Source of the DNA: the human T2T-CHM13v2.0 reference genome, Homo sapiens
NCBI RefSeq assembly: GCF_009914755.1
Contig: NC_060927.1
Direction: 5' to 3' (one strand)
Length of the DNA: 64,000 nt
Every line of letters starts with the position of its first letter. Within the stretch, counting starts at the first letter, position 1. Below are positions 25,851 to 41,335 of this stretch, piece by piece. Under the pieces are notes generated by a model, which made no database searches, was not told the origin of the DNA, and was given only the letters and a program-made list of their open reading frames with translations. The translations under genes and the position numbers were made by a program.

Positions 25851-27700
25851 GCTTCTTCTCAAATGACCTTCTTAACTCCACTTCCGCCACCCATCTTCAC
25901 GGCCACTAAGAACATGGTGAAAAGCAGTGGAATCACAAGTTCAGGCATCTTCCTTTCTGATCAGACTCCTCTCTTTCCAGTTCTTTCTTCATAATACCCC
26001 ACACACAAACATACACACATCAGTTCTTTAACCTCATTGAGCCTCCAGTCCTCTCTATCTGTCTCTCTCTCTTTCACTCTGCACTCATCAGTCACGTCTT
26101 GTCTTTCCTCCCTTCCCTCATCGCCTCAGCCACACTCTTACCAATACCGTCAACTTCTTTATACATTGTTCTTCTATCAAACTCCTCTGTAAAATGATCC
26201 ACCCTGTGCGAATCCAGTTATTCACCTTCTCTGAGTCTACTCAGTGAGCTGGAGCTGCTGAGGAGAATCACACCACCAGGCCTATTGTTTCATGGGGAGT
26301 GACCTGAACAAGGCTTAGTGCCACCAGAGGGCCCTGCTATGTTTTGTTAGTCACCTTTCCTGTGCTCCATTCTCCTCAAACCTATGACTCTATGCCCAAT
26401 CCCACCACGGCTTATACGTACAGCATCTTCCTCCTACCTTTCCTTCCCCCAGGTCCTCCTACCTCAAAGGAAGAGCTGTACCACCTTCCATCTAAGGCTA
26501 GTTCCTCCCCCAGATGCTCTTTTCTCTCCCTGCCAGTCTTCCAGACACTATTTTCTTAGCAGTGCCCCTTCTTCGGTACCTACAGATGTTCCTTCTCTGC
26601 ATTTTCCTCCTCATATCATTGAACATGCTCAAGTCTCTCCCATCCTTAGTCTCTCAATCCCTCTATTTATTATTCTCTCCTTCCCTCCACAGATAAACTT
26701 CCTGAAACAGTACCCCCCAAATCCCCCGCAACCCTACTTACCGCCTCCCCTTTCTCACTTCCTGCTTTACCCACTGATATCTGCCTTGGTTGTGTCAGTG
26801 AAACTATTCCCATCAAGGTCTTCAGTGACCTATTTGTTAAGTCCAATGGACACTTTTCAACTCATCTTATTTGACCCCTCAGCAACATTCCATAGTGCTA
26901 GACATTTCATTCCTTTGAAACAATGTTTTTCTCTGGATTCAGTGACTTCTTACTTTTCTGGTTTTTCTCTTACCTCTCTAGTTATGCCTTCTTTGTTTAT
27001 GTCTCCATTTAGCATCTTGTCTTTTTAAATGTTCCTCAGAGTTCTCTTTGCCTCAGGCATTCTCATGTCTCTCCATATACACTCACTGGGAAATCTTATC
27101 CACGGTCATATTATCAACGATTCTTTTGTCTGATGGTTCCCAGATGAAAATATCCATCCCGAGTGCCTCTCCTTAGCTAGGGATTCATATATACAACTTC
27201 ATACTGAACATCCGTCTCCACTTAGATGTACCTATGGCACTTTAATCTCAAATTTTCTCAAGCTAAACTCATGATTTACCCTATCCATGCTCCAAAGCCT
27301 TTCTTCTTCTTCTCTTTCTATCCCAGTAAAAGTCCTCTCCATCTGCTTAGAAGGCTGAGCCCAGAAATTGAGGAGTCAATCTTGATGCTTCTTTCTCCTT
27401 CAGCCGCCACATCAATCCATCAGTAGGTCCTGTAGATTCTCTTCCTAAATGCTTCTCAAATCCTTTCACCTATTTCAAGTCCCACTGCCACTATTCTAGT
27501 CCAGGTTGCTATTATTTCCATCTTCAGTAGCCCCATAGCTTCCTAACTACTCTCAGGGCTCTCATTTTCCCCCTTGCTAATCTATTATCCACAGGGGGAG
27601 GGTGACCCCTTTCTCAGATGTGAATATGATTATCTCATTCCCACTTAAAATGATTTGCTGCCATTCTCCTTCCCTTAATATCATGGTCAGGTCCTGGATT
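25850..27700 (+). mobile_element. Long L2 ORF2/3' relic
   Basis: C/T-rich degenerate L2 segments (ctcatcttatttgacccctcagcaacatt, tccacttagatgt, ccactattctagtccagg); the source of pseudo-ORFs such as 26384-27028. Confidence 0.7.
26319..26336 (+). promoter_or_regulatory. Candidate CTCF motif
   Basis: TGCCACCAGAGGGCCCT versus core CCASYAGRKGGCRS (1 mismatch). Confidence 0.4.
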
Positions 27701-27744
27701 CAACCCCAGACTTAAAGAAGTGGAATCTACCAGGAAAGTTCATA

Positions 27745-27902
27745 AAAATTCTCGTGACAACCCTCACCTGGGGTGTTTATTAAATTTACAGTTTCTTGGA
27801 CCCTTCCCTGGAGAATCTACTCAGTTTAAGGAGGGGTCTGGAAATATGTTATAACAAGTTCTCATGCACCGCTTATCATCAGGATTATTTGGAAGACACT
27901 GC
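27745..27902. mobile_element. MER5-like hAT fragment
   Basis: tcacctggggtgtttattaaatttacag...ggggtctggaaat...tttggaagacactg. Confidence 0.5.
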
Positions 27903-28736
27903 TGTGGCCTATAAGCTCCATGAGGGCAGGGATCATTCCTACCCCTTCCATATGTGTATCAATTACACTTAGGCCCCAATGCAGTGCTTGTATGCATTGA
28001 AAGAAAGAAGAGAGCAAGAAAGAGAGGCAACCGTGTGTGAAATGGCCATGACTTTTGTAGCGTAGTCAATGTACAGGAATTTATGATATAGCTTCCTCAG
28101 ACGTCAATAAGTAAAACTCAATACAAAGGGGGTAATTTATTTATATGCGCAGGTAACCCAAATGTATTGCTGGTGAAGGATCTAATCAAGGCAATCATGC
28201 TTAAAATGCAATTAAAGTCAGCTATACCCAATGTTTCTCAAATCTTAGTATCATATGGACCCCTTTAAAAAATAAAGACTTTCTGATGAGACCCAGGGTT
28301 TATGTATATTGCTTTTTAATAATGTTTTTTGAATGTGTATAAAGCTGTTAACAAATGCCTTATACGCATAAGATCTTATATTATTGCAAACCAAAAAAAA
28401 GAAACAAATAAATTACAAACAAAATTGCAAACCTGATCATGTTCAAGTTAACAGCATTAATTTAATGTAGTAACTAAAACTAAATTTCTTCTCATCATGT
28501 GACAATCATACTGCCTTCTAAAGAGCATTCTCAGTATTTGGCCTGCCTTTCTATCTTGTGTACAATTCAATTCTTCTGCAACTCTCCCTTATAAGGTGGC
28601 CATCCATAGGAAACACCATATTCTTATACTCAATTTTTATATTATTATTGAAATGAAAAAACACAGGAAAGGTTTTCATAGTGAAGTATCCTACCCCAGA
28701 GAATGCACCTATGGATTCCACTTTGATAAACACTCT

Positions 28737-29200
28737 GTAACCAATGGATGGATTTGCCCATTTGCCCAGATGGTGATTGTTTGTACTCAGGCTCCCTAAC
28801 TAAACAGGAAGCTGCTGGATAACGTGGGTCAGTTTCTATTCCCAGAACCTAGAATTCTTGTCCTCAGTTATTGTTGTAGTTGAATGAGTTGTTCTGAGAG
28901 TAGGAGTATCCATATCCAAAGAGAGAATGTTTGAGGGTGAGCAACCTCTGTCTGGGAGGCTGGCCACAGGCCCAGTGGGGTGTGCACACCAGCTGGCTCT
29001 CTGACTTCCTGCTCCTCTCCATAAAGTTCCTTTGCTATGACGTGGCCACAGGCAGCCTTCTGTGGGTCCCCTGGCTTTCTCCACATGCTTTGTTTCAGAA
29101 GGGAGAGGATGTGCTGACCCTCAGCCTCCTGAGTATTTTTATTCTCAGTCAAATTAACAAATTGGCAGTCTGGTGTTTGTGTGAGTCCCTTGAGAATTTA
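28737..29200 (+). mobile_element. Probable old ERV LTR (family not assigned)
   Basis: Starts TGTAAC, LTR-like composition, 3' attaa...gtctggtgtttgtgtgagt. Confidence 0.35.
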
Positions 29201-30060
29201 GATAATATGAGTCCAACCCCAAAAGCCTCACCACCTCTGGAAAAAAATAATGATAATGACCGTTATTGGAAGGGTTAAACAAGATAGTGTATGCAGTGTG
29301 CAGGCACTCTCCTAGAGTAGTGTGGAGTCATGGTTCCCAGTTGGGGAATGGAGCGATCAGATCCTTAACCCTAGGTTGGAATGTCTTTTGACTGGTGTGG
29401 GGATGGGTGGGAGTGGATATGGGACTGAATTGATATCAACCTGTTACATAAATTTTAAGTTATCTCTAATGCATTTTTAAAGCATTGCTTAAAAAAAAAA
29501 AAAGACAAGTTGGGTATAGCTTTGGTTGTTTGAGGGGCGTGAGGAGGTTGTTGTTGTTTGTTTTGTTTTTCAGAGAAGGGGCTAGAGAGCAGAAGAGGAC
29601 TGAAGCAGCCCCTGATTCCTAAATCGAGACTATGAAACTTCTGTGGCTGCCACCTCAGCCTCAGCCTACTCTGCATTGGTTCTGAGGAGCACTCTGTAGA
29701 GTTGGAAATAATTTCCCAGAGGGTCTAGAACACATTTAAGGATGCTGGGCAAAAATATTCATTGAATCATAATACTTATGTGGCTCCCAAAAGCAGGAGA
29801 CACCAACCTCACACCATCAACAGCAATGGCATTTCTGTGTTATTTGTCTCTTGGAACTATTTGGGCATATATACAAATATGAGGAATAAGAATTGCCCTA
29901 ACTTGGATAAATCAATAACTCTTTGCACTGTTGATAATATTATTTTCCTGAATGTCATGACATTGTAATATTTATAGGACCCTAAAGTAGCTAACTTTCT
30001 GTGGGTCACAGGAATGTTACTGTTTTAAACTATTGTTAAAGGAATTTCCAAGGTACTTTT

Positions 30061-30880
30061 TTTTTATTATTATTATACTTTAAGTTTTAGGGTACATGTG
30101 CACAATGTGCAGGTTAGTTACATATGTATACATGTGCCATGCTGGTGTGCTGCACCCATTAACTCGTCATTTAGCATCAGGTATATCTCCTAATGCTATC
30201 CCTCCCACCTCCCCCCACCCCACAACAGTCCCCAGAGTGTGATGTTCCCCTTCCTGTGTCCATGTGTTCTCATTGTTCAATTCCCAGTTATGAGTGAGAA
30301 TATGCGGTGTTTGGTTTTTTGTTCTTGCGATAGTTTACTGAGAATGATGATTTCCAGTTTCATCCACATCCCTACAAAGGACATGAACTCATCCTTCTTT
30401 ATGGCTGCATAGTATTCCATGGTGTATATGTGCCACATTTTCTTAATCCAGTCTATCATTGGTGGACATTTGGGTTGGTTCCAAGTCTTTGCTATTGTGA
30501 ATAGTGCCACGATAAACATACATGTGCATGTGTCTTTATAGCAGCATGATTTATAGTCCTTTGGGTATGTACCCAGTAATGGGATGGCTGGGTCAAATGG
30601 TATTTCTGGTTCTAGATCCCCAAGGAATCGCCACCCTGACTTCCCCAATGGTTGAACTAGTTTACAGTCCCACCAACAGTGTAAAAGTGTTCCTATTTCT
30701 CCACATCCTCTCCAGCACCTGTTGTTTCCTGACTTTTTAGTGATTGCCATTCTAAATGGTGTGAGATGGTATCTCATTGTGGTTTTGATTTGCATTTCTC
30801 TGATGGCCAGTGATGGTGAGCATTTTTTCATGTGTTTTTTGGCTGCATAAATGTCTTCTTTTGAGAAGCGTCTGTTCATG
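30061..30880 (-). mobile_element. 5'-truncated young L1PA (about PA2-PA4) with perfect 15-bp TSD
   Basis: Canonical 3'UTR and ORF2 end; TSD ttccaaggtactttt at 30046-30060 and 30881-30895; TTTT/AA endonuclease site. Confidence 0.97.
30277..30880 (-). pseudogene. L1 ORF2p C-terminal ~200 aa (CCHC region), frame still open
   Basis: Translation [10 protein letters not shown]...[18 protein letters not shown]...[10 protein letters not shown]. Confidence 0.9.
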
Positions 30881-30931
30881 TTCCAAGGTACTTTTAAGGA
30901 ACATCTCAAAATGAACGCTGGGACCATCTTT

Positions 30932-30933
<2 letters not shown>

Positions 30934-30966
<33 letters not shown>
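30934..30966. repeat. (TG)n microsatellite
   Basis: Direct observation. Confidence 0.95.
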
Positions 30967-30967
<1 letters not shown>

Positions 30968-32129
30968 TGTAGAAGCACAAATCTGCTTAAAACATCACAC
31001 TCATCCTGGTAAAATCATTTTGAAGCCTTTGTTATTTTTTTTTTTTTTACAGAGCAAGGTAGAAGTCAAAGAGGACTAGTTTCATTCTGTTAGGAGAGCA
31101 CTGGAACCCATCTATGGTGGTTTCTACCCTGCTACTCTTGGCAAATTCTGTTTGTGAGACAAACTATCAATTCATTCTCACTTTTGTTACTTGACTGGCA
31201 ACCCATGCTCTGAAATCATATGACCCAAGAGCAAATGGCAGAAGCACACACATAATGAGAAAAAGTAGTCCCACTTCCCTTAGGTTTAGTGCTGTTGAAT
31301 GCTCCAAAATGCTGTGTTCCCAGTTATATCCAAGTGCCACATTTTATACTGCACCTGTTTTAGACACTGATAACTGCTGCGAGATTATGGCTACCATTTA
31401 TAGTCAAGATGCATGGACTCAAATAAAGATCACTCCTACAGGCAATTCAAAAATGCACCCAAGCACATTTAGCATCCTATAGATAGGAAGTTGAATGGAG
31501 ATTACAAAAGGTCAAGAGGCCTTTAGGAGTTCATCAACACGATCAGTTCTGAAAAGTCATCATTATATCTCTGAAGTGTGAAGCCAACATTGGCTCATTC
31601 CAATAAGACTCACGTTTTATTTTTGATCTCATTGACCCAGGGAACCAGCATATGATCATAGGAAACAGATATGTGATCCAATAATTAAGATACAACATAG
31701 TAAAGACTCCAAGAAAAGTGAGTACAAAGTGCTATGGGAGGAGAAAAAACAGATGAGTGAGTGGTGTGAGTGGAGGTGGGAAGTAGAACACGATGAGCAC
31801 CAAATTAACATTTGTTCCCTTAAATCCATGGCACATGAGGTGACATTCTAGCTGGGCTTAACAGAATGGAGTTAGCTGGGCAGAGAAGAGGAGAAAGAAT
31901 ACTCAAAGGGGAGGAAGTGGTTCAAGAAAAGACCACCTATATATAAAAGCTTGCACAATTCAAAAGAATGATGGAGACAAAATATGAGAATCACAGAGGT
32001 GGAAGAAGCTCAAATGTTACCTAGTCCAACCCTGTGATTTTACATCAGGACTACAGAGGATGAAGAGATTGTCCACCTTTTGAGGATCTGGGATTCCAGA
32101 TCTCATTCTGAAAACTGATAAATAAAAGG

Positions 32130-32560
32130 AAAGAACCAAGCATTTATCCTGCTTTTGCTATACAAATGATACCTCAGGCATATCTATCAATCAAGTGTAC
32201 TGTATGGATCTTGCTTAGATCCTGATTTGCACAAAAAATATAAAGAAAAAATCAGGGCAATTTTGACTCTGACTCTAATATTTGATAATATTAAAGAATT
32301 ATTAAATTTTTGGAGTTTAATACTGACATTTGATTTGGTTACTAAAAAAAGAATCTCATCTTTTAGAGATACATATTAAAATATTTAAAGATGAATGATA
32401 TGATCTCTGGTATTTGCTTTGGATAATCCAGTGTGGGGCAAGAAGGGAGAATTTAGATAAAACAAGATTGGCCATGAGTTGATAACTACTGAAGCTGAGT
32501 ACAAAGAAGTTGATCAAATACTTTTTATGTATCTTTAAAATCTTCTATTATAAAAAGTTA
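32130..32560 (+). mobile_element. Old L1M 3' fragment
   Basis: tggatcttgcttagatcctgatt...tcttttagagatacata...aacaagattggccatgagttgata. Confidence 0.7.
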
Positions 32561-32597
32561 AACAAACAAACAAACAAATGGCCTGTTTGACCAGTAA

Positions 32598-33005
<408 letters not shown>

Positions 33006-33044
33006 CATTTTAAGCATTTTTATCTGCTTAAAGGATAATGATGA

Positions 33045-33260
33045 AATAATAGCTGCCGCTGGGAGTGTGTATGGACTTTTAGCATGCTTCTTAGTGCATC
33101 ACTCATTTAATCCTCATAACAACCATGAGTTCATTATTCATATTCCCCATTTTACAGGTGAAAAAAATGAGAGGTAAGTAATTTACCCAAAGCCTCACAG
33201 GTAGAAAATAGCTAGTAAATGTCTGGATACAGAGTTTACATATTTAATCAATATGCAGTG
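33045..33260 (-). mobile_element. MIR
   Basis: ctcatttaatcctcataacaacc...cccattttacaggtga. Confidence 0.7.
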
Positions 33261-33298
33261 TGCTTCTCAGTGATGTGTACAAGTGGAAAACAAATCCA

Positions 33299-33330
33299 GG
33301 CTGGGTGTGGTCCATCTCAAAAAAAGAAAA
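33299..33330 (+). mobile_element. Collapsed Alu: 5' 13 nt fused to 3' end and A-tail
   Basis: ggctgggtgtggt + ccatctcaaaaaaagaaaa, flanked by aaaacaaatcca / gaaaaatcta. Confidence 0.65.
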
Positions 33331-33354
33331 ATCTATTTAGCTTTAGTTACATGT

Positions 33355-33570
33355 TGTATAACTTATCTATTGCTGCATAACAAAAAGTGACTCCAAAATG
33401 TAGCCTCTTAAATCAACTATCTATTATTTCTCATGATTCTGTGGGTTGGCTGGATATTTCTCTTTTTCTCCTGGCCTATTCCTGAGGCTATATATTCATC
33501 CCGAGGGTCCGCTGGGGCTTGGGCTCAGCTGAGACGGTTGGTTCTCTTCTCCATGGCAGGGAGCTGGGAG
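33355..33570 (-). mobile_element. MLT1 LTR fragment
   Basis: tatctattgctgcataacaaa...tctcatgattctgtgggttgg. Confidence 0.6.
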
Positions 33571-33832
33571 GCTGATGAGAAAAAATTCTCTGTGGACTGG
33601 ATTTTGTGCTTTTTAAATATTAATTTTTAGCTTATCAAACTTCACATGCAAATAGATAAAAAGAATTATTTCTAGAAAGTTTATTTTAAAAAACCCGCAG
33701 TCCCTCAGGTCTTCCCTACACCCAACCATCTAGCTCCCTACTTTCAGCTCTGTCCTCTAGTTTTTAACACGTTCGCTTGTCCCTTCTCTTGCCTGCCCAC
33801 CACCCTGGTAGCATAATTATATCTCCATTTGT

Positions 33833-34141
33833 GGCTGGGGAGGGTGGCTCATGCCTGTAATACCAGCACTTTGGGAGGCCGAGGCGAGTGGATCACTTGA
33901 GGCTAGGAGCTCGAGACCAGCCTGGCCAACAGGGTGAAACCCTGTCTCTACTAAAAATACAAAAAAATTATCTGGGAATGGTGGCAGGCGCCTGTAGTCC
34001 CAGCTCCTCGGGAGGTTGAGGCAGGAGAATCGCTTGAACCCGGGAGGCGGAGGTTGCAGTGAGCCGAGATCAGCCACTGAACTCTGGCCTGGGCGACAGA
34101 GCGAGACTCCGTCTCAAATAATAATAATAACTATTATTATT
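33833..34141 (+). mobile_element. AluS
   Basis: Full dimer with (TAA) tail; TSD attatatctccattt. Confidence 0.95.
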
Positions 34142-34649
34142 ATATCTCCATTTTTATTAAAGCTGCATGCAGCATTTTTATTTTTATTGTTGGCTCTTGA
34201 GCCAAGTCATGTACTAAGATTGCATTTCCTTTCTTTTACTACTTTTTCCCTGAGGTTAAAAAATCATCTCATTTTAAAATTACTTTATTAAAAAAAATAG
34301 TTGATCTCTTCCTGCACACTGTAACCACTCCATAAAATACCCCTTAGTACTGTTTTCTACACAGTCAAATCTGTCAGAAAAATCTACCATTTCCCTGTTT
34401 TGTTTTCTTTGGTTTTGGTTTTGGTTTTTAATGAAGAATTTCTTTCAAGAGCCCTCTGTCCAGCTCTAGGTTGGACTGGTCACTCTTTAGATCCATTGCC
34501 CAGCTGTAGTCCTGGGGCCCCTCTTGCCAGCATTTTGGGAATTTTCATTTCTTCTTTGCTGCATTTCCCGTTTCCTGGATTCCTCTTTCCTAGTTTACTT
34601 CTCTACCCACTGCACAGGGTTGGGGGATGGGGTGGAGACACACTCCAAT

Positions 34650-35780
<1,131 letters not shown>

Positions 35781-36430
35781 TATTATTATATTGTATTATA
35801 TTATAAAGCTAACTAGAGCCTTTGTGTGCTTGAGCAAGGCATGACTACTAGTGGGCTTCCTATGGATGAGTCAAGAGATGAGCTGGGATGAGGACACAGA
35901 GAAAAGAGAATGCTTATACACTGTTGGTGGGAATGTAAACTAGTACAGCAACTGTAGAGAATACTATGGCGATCCCTCAAAAACTACAAATAGAACCACA
36001 AATGATTCATCAGTCTCACTATTGGGCATTTATCTGAAGGAAAGGAAATCATTAGACTAGAGAGACATCTGCACTCCCAAGTTTATTGCAGCATTATTCA
36101 CAATAACCAAAACATGGAATCAACCTAGGTGTCCAATAACAGATGAATCTTTCAGGTGTGGCATATATACCCAATGGAATACTATCCAGCCCTAAAAAAG
36201 AATGAAATCCTGTCACTCACTACAACATGGATGGAACTGGAGGACATTATGTTAAGTGAAATAAGCTAGGAACAGAAAGTTAAACACCACATGTTCTCCC
36301 TCATATGTAGAAGCTAAAATAAGTTGATCTCATAAAAGTAAAAAATAGAACAGAGGATACTAGAGGCTGGGAAGAATTAAGGGGAAGGGAGGAATAGGGA
36401 AAGATGTAAAGGATACAAAATTATAACTAG

Positions 36431-36768
<338 letters not shown>

Positions 36769-36868
36769 CTATACCACTGTAGGATGACTGTAGTTAACAA
36801 TAACATATTACATGGGTTAAATAGGTAGATGGAGTGTATTGAATGCTCCTGAAACAAATAAATTATAA

Positions 36869-37023
36869 TTTTTTTTTGAGACAGGGTCTTGCTCTGTTTC
36901 CCAGGCTGGGGTGCAGTGACACAGTCATGGTTCACTGCAGCCTCGATCTACTGGGCTCAAACAATCCTGCCACCTCAGCCATCCAGTGTGCTAGGATTAC
37001 AGGTGTGGGCCACTGCCTCTAGA
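36869..37023 (-). mobile_element. FRAM/AluJ monomer inside L1MA
   Basis: Single right-arm-like unit with T tract. Confidence 0.85.
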
Positions 37024-37563
37024 CAATAAATATTTTTTTATGATGGATATGTTGGATATGCTAATTACTCTGATCTGATAACTATACATTATGTGTATTG
37101 AAATATCACTGTGTATCCCGTAAATATGTACAATTATTAAATGTCAATTCCAAATGTCCATAAATAAAGTTTAAAAAAAGAGATATGAGCTGGGGTTTTC
37201 ATTGGTAAACACCAAATATGGGTAATGCAGGGTTTTTCACCCTTAGCACCTTGAATCCTGAGCCTTTCTTAAACTTCTATGAGGCAATCTGGCTTCTTAT
37301 CAGCACCAACTTTGAATTTCCTCCTCTCTGCTAAATAATTTACGATTCTTCCATCTGCTTTCTCTATCTATATACTAGCGATATAAAAGGTTTTTTCTAG
37401 TTTAATAAAAAAATTGAGTTTGTGTTTTGGTTTATTCTTCTTGTGGTTTAGGAGCATTTTTAGAGATAAGAGGGAAGAAATATTTTTATTCCACCACCTA
37501 GGGCTGGATTTTAGAGACATTTTTGTGGGAAGTTTAAGACAGGAAAGAGAAAGATGTGGGAAG

Positions 37564-38188
37564 TATGGTAGGCAGAATTCTAATGGTGTCCTCCCATGAT
37601 TCTTCTCCCTTCTTTATTCACGCAACCACTAATCTATGTATTACCACAAGGGAACTTTGCAAATGGAATTAAGGTTACTAATAGGGAGATTATCCTGGAT
37701 TATCTGGGTAGGCCCAAGTAATCATCTGAGCCCTTAAACATAGAAAAGAAAGGCAGAGAGATGTGTCAGAGGACAAGGCAGGAGAGATGAGGTAGAAGGA
37801 GAGGTCAGAGAGATGTGAAGCATGAGAAGGATTTAATACACCATTGTCGGCTTTGAGGACAAAGGGGGCCAAGAGCCAAAGAACATGATCAGCCTCTAGA
37901 AGCTGAGAATAACTTCTGGTCAACAGCCCACATGGAAACAGGGACCTCCATCTTCCAGCTCTGGAACTGAATTCTGCCAAGGACCTGAATGAGCCCTGAA
38001 GCCAATTCTCCCCCAGAGCTTCCAGATTAAAAAATCCAGGTTAGCTGACACCCTGATTTTAGCCTGGTAGCCGGTGGAGTGCTCAGCTGAACCCACTGGA
38101 CTTCTGACCTACAGATAATCAATGGTGGTCTTTTAAAAGACACCAAATGTGTGGTACTTTGTTATGGCAACAATAGAAAACAAATACA
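37564..38188 (+). mobile_element. MLT1E-like solo LTR
   Basis: tatggtaggcagaattcta...gggagattatcctggattatctggg...gttatggcaacaatagaaaacaaataca. Confidence 0.85.
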
Positions 38189-38373
38189 GGGAGACTGCCA
38201 CTCAGATGCAGAGGGAAAGACAAGGAAAGTGGACACTAAGAAATTTTGCTGTGCATTATCAATGGAGAACCTCTTGGAATTCCTCAGAAGACTTTGATGA
38301 AGATGAAATGGGACCATAAAAATACACAGCTCTGTAGAATTTCATCTTTGAGTTAGGAAGATGGAAATTATTA

Positions 38374-38980
<607 letters not shown>

Positions 38981-40078
38981 GAAAGGGGCAGTCAGAGGGA
39001 CTGCAGGTTTCTTATATGCTCTTTAGAAATAATTGTCTTTTCAATCTCATTGTACATAAGGTTTGATAAACTAAAAATTAATATTCAAAAAGGCATAAAA
39101 TCTAGTCCACAAGGCCTCTCCTCTTATGGAGCCCCTGGCTCCTTGGGATTTTTAACTTCGCCCATTAGGCCATTATCATCACAAAAGACCCAGACTCCTT
39201 CCTAAGAGACACTAGCAAGGTTGAAGAAGAAGGTGGAGGAATTACCACATGCATATTAATTTATTTTCTTTTATCTCGAAATAATAAAAAATTCTCGTGG
39301 TGGTTGAGCAGGTGGTGGTGGTTCACTTCTCCATGTCTAATTTCATAAATATGTGCTTCAATAAGCTTTGCAAATGAAATAACAGAGTCTTCATTCAGTT
39401 TTCTATTTTAGAAGGACCGTTAATCTGGGAAACAAATTAAAAAAAATTAATTTTAAATGGCCGACATACACTTTCTCAAATGAGAACTATAACATCAGTA
39501 TCATCTTAAATAGAAAGTATAAGAACCCAAACTCTTGTTTTCTCTCTAACTGGGCTACTTCTTTCATGCAGCATATCTAAGGGTCAAAGTCAAACATAGA
39601 GAACCATTCAAGAAGTGGATTTTTTTTCTGCCTGTTGTCTCTTTGTCTTTAAGACTAAGAACAATAAAATCTTCCCCAAACAGTTTGACTCTAGAATTAT
39701 ATCTTTTCCACCAGGAACTATTAATAGGAAGAAGCTCTACAATGATTTCAGAAATCAAAGTACAATCAAACCTCATTTAATGGGAATGTTCAGGGGACAT
39801 GTCATTTTGGTTAATTAAATTTCTAGTTAACTAGAAATTAACCCAACACGCTTTGTTCAAACCTTTCCATAGAAAAATCTTTCTAAAATGCATTAGGCTC
39901 TTTCATGCCTTAGGAAGTGTAGGGTGTTGAACATAATTGAATCTTTGATGATCGAAGTCCTTGCAGTGCCCCAGAAAGATCATTATGAGCATAAATACTC
40001 ATTGTGCTGTACAGGGGATGTAGAGGGTCTAGGAGATTGGGTTAAATGGATAATCAGCTCAAGATATAATCTGAAGGA

Positions 40079-40080
<2 letters not shown>

Positions 40081-40128
<48 letters not shown>
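40081..40128. repeat. Perfect (GT)~24 microsatellite
   Basis: Direct observation. Confidence 0.97.
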
Positions 40129-40129
<1 letters not shown>

Positions 40130-40544
40130 TGTGTTCATTAAACACATATTATGCCTGTGTACTGTTTTCACTTTTCTCTTGAAATCAGAAATTTGAAAAG
40201 TAATCCCACTAATTAAGGGTTCCAATTAATTGGTTTCAGTCCAATTTTTTTCTATATGATCATAGATTTCTCAGGATCAACTTTAAAAGGATATGAGTAT
40301 GGTGCCCCAAGTTATATCAAGTTATGACATGGCTGTAGTTTTTCTTTAAGAACTTTTAACATTTGCCTTCTTTATTTTACCTTATAAAAAGATAACATAA
40401 CAATGTAACAGACAGAATAACACAACTATTTTTAATTCTATACATTACTTTTTCATCTTCACTACTTGCATATATTGATGATAATGTGATATAATTTTAT
40501 ATGTTGCTCTGTTTACTTAATGCCATATAAGAAATGCTTTCAAT

Positions 40545-40705
40545 GGTGCCACATAGTCTTCATCTTCATTCACTCATTCATTCATTCATTCATTTTACAA
40601 GTATTTATAGACTGCCTAAGATGTCCCAGGCACTGTTCTAGGTGTTGGGTATATAGCAGAGGACAAAAAGGACAAAAATTCCTATCTTCATGGAGCATAT
40701 ATTTT
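40545..40705 (-). mobile_element. L2 3' end
   Basis: (cattcatt)n followed by caagtatttatagactgcct...ccaggcactgttctagg. Confidence 0.8.
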
Positions 40706-40879
40706 TTGTGTATTATCATTTTAAATGGCTGCATAGGCTCCTTTTGCTTTTTAACTTAGTCTTATACTCATCAGTAGCACGCTTTACCCCTGGGTCCTTG
40801 TGTTGTCTCTGTAATATTCGTTATGGAAACTAGCTCTTAGGCCCTTAGAAGGAAACTGTAAACTCACTTACTCTGTGGT

Positions 40880-41335
40880 GAAAATAATAATAGCAGCTAA
40901 CACAGCACTTACTGTAGCACTTAAACCTGGGCCAGGCATTGTTACAAGCACTTGTATTACACATTCAGATTTTATAACAACTGTATGAGGGAGATTTATT
41001 AATAGCCCCATTTTTTAGAAGAGGAAATTGAAGCATGGCTGAACAAAGATATGAAAGCATATGGTGTATTTGGAAGCTATTGAAACAATTATTCAAGTAG
41101 TAATAATGGAACCTAACTTTTATTGAAAATCAGTATGTGCCAAGCACTGTTCTGAGTTATTAACTGATTTAACAACTTATTTAATCCTCACATCAATTTT
41201 ATTTTACAAACGAGGACACCGAGGCACAGATTAGTAAGTTAAGCTATCAAAATTCACACAGCTAGTGAGTGATAGAGATGGGATTTCAATCCAGGCATTC
41301 CTTCAGAGTACATACTCTTAACTACTTGCCTCTCA
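40880..41335 (-). mobile_element. Two MIR elements
   Basis: ccccattttttagaagaggaaattgaagc and attttacaaacgaggacaccgaggcacag cores. Confidence 0.7.

Noticed and set aside
26344-27028. 214-aa ORF and overlapping ORFs
   Set aside because: Low-complexity P/S/L/F translation of a pyrimidine-rich L2 relic; no recognisable domain.
34617-34636. G-quadruplex candidate GGGTTGGGGGATGGGGTGG
   Set aside because: Only three full G3+ runs; a common and uninformative pattern.
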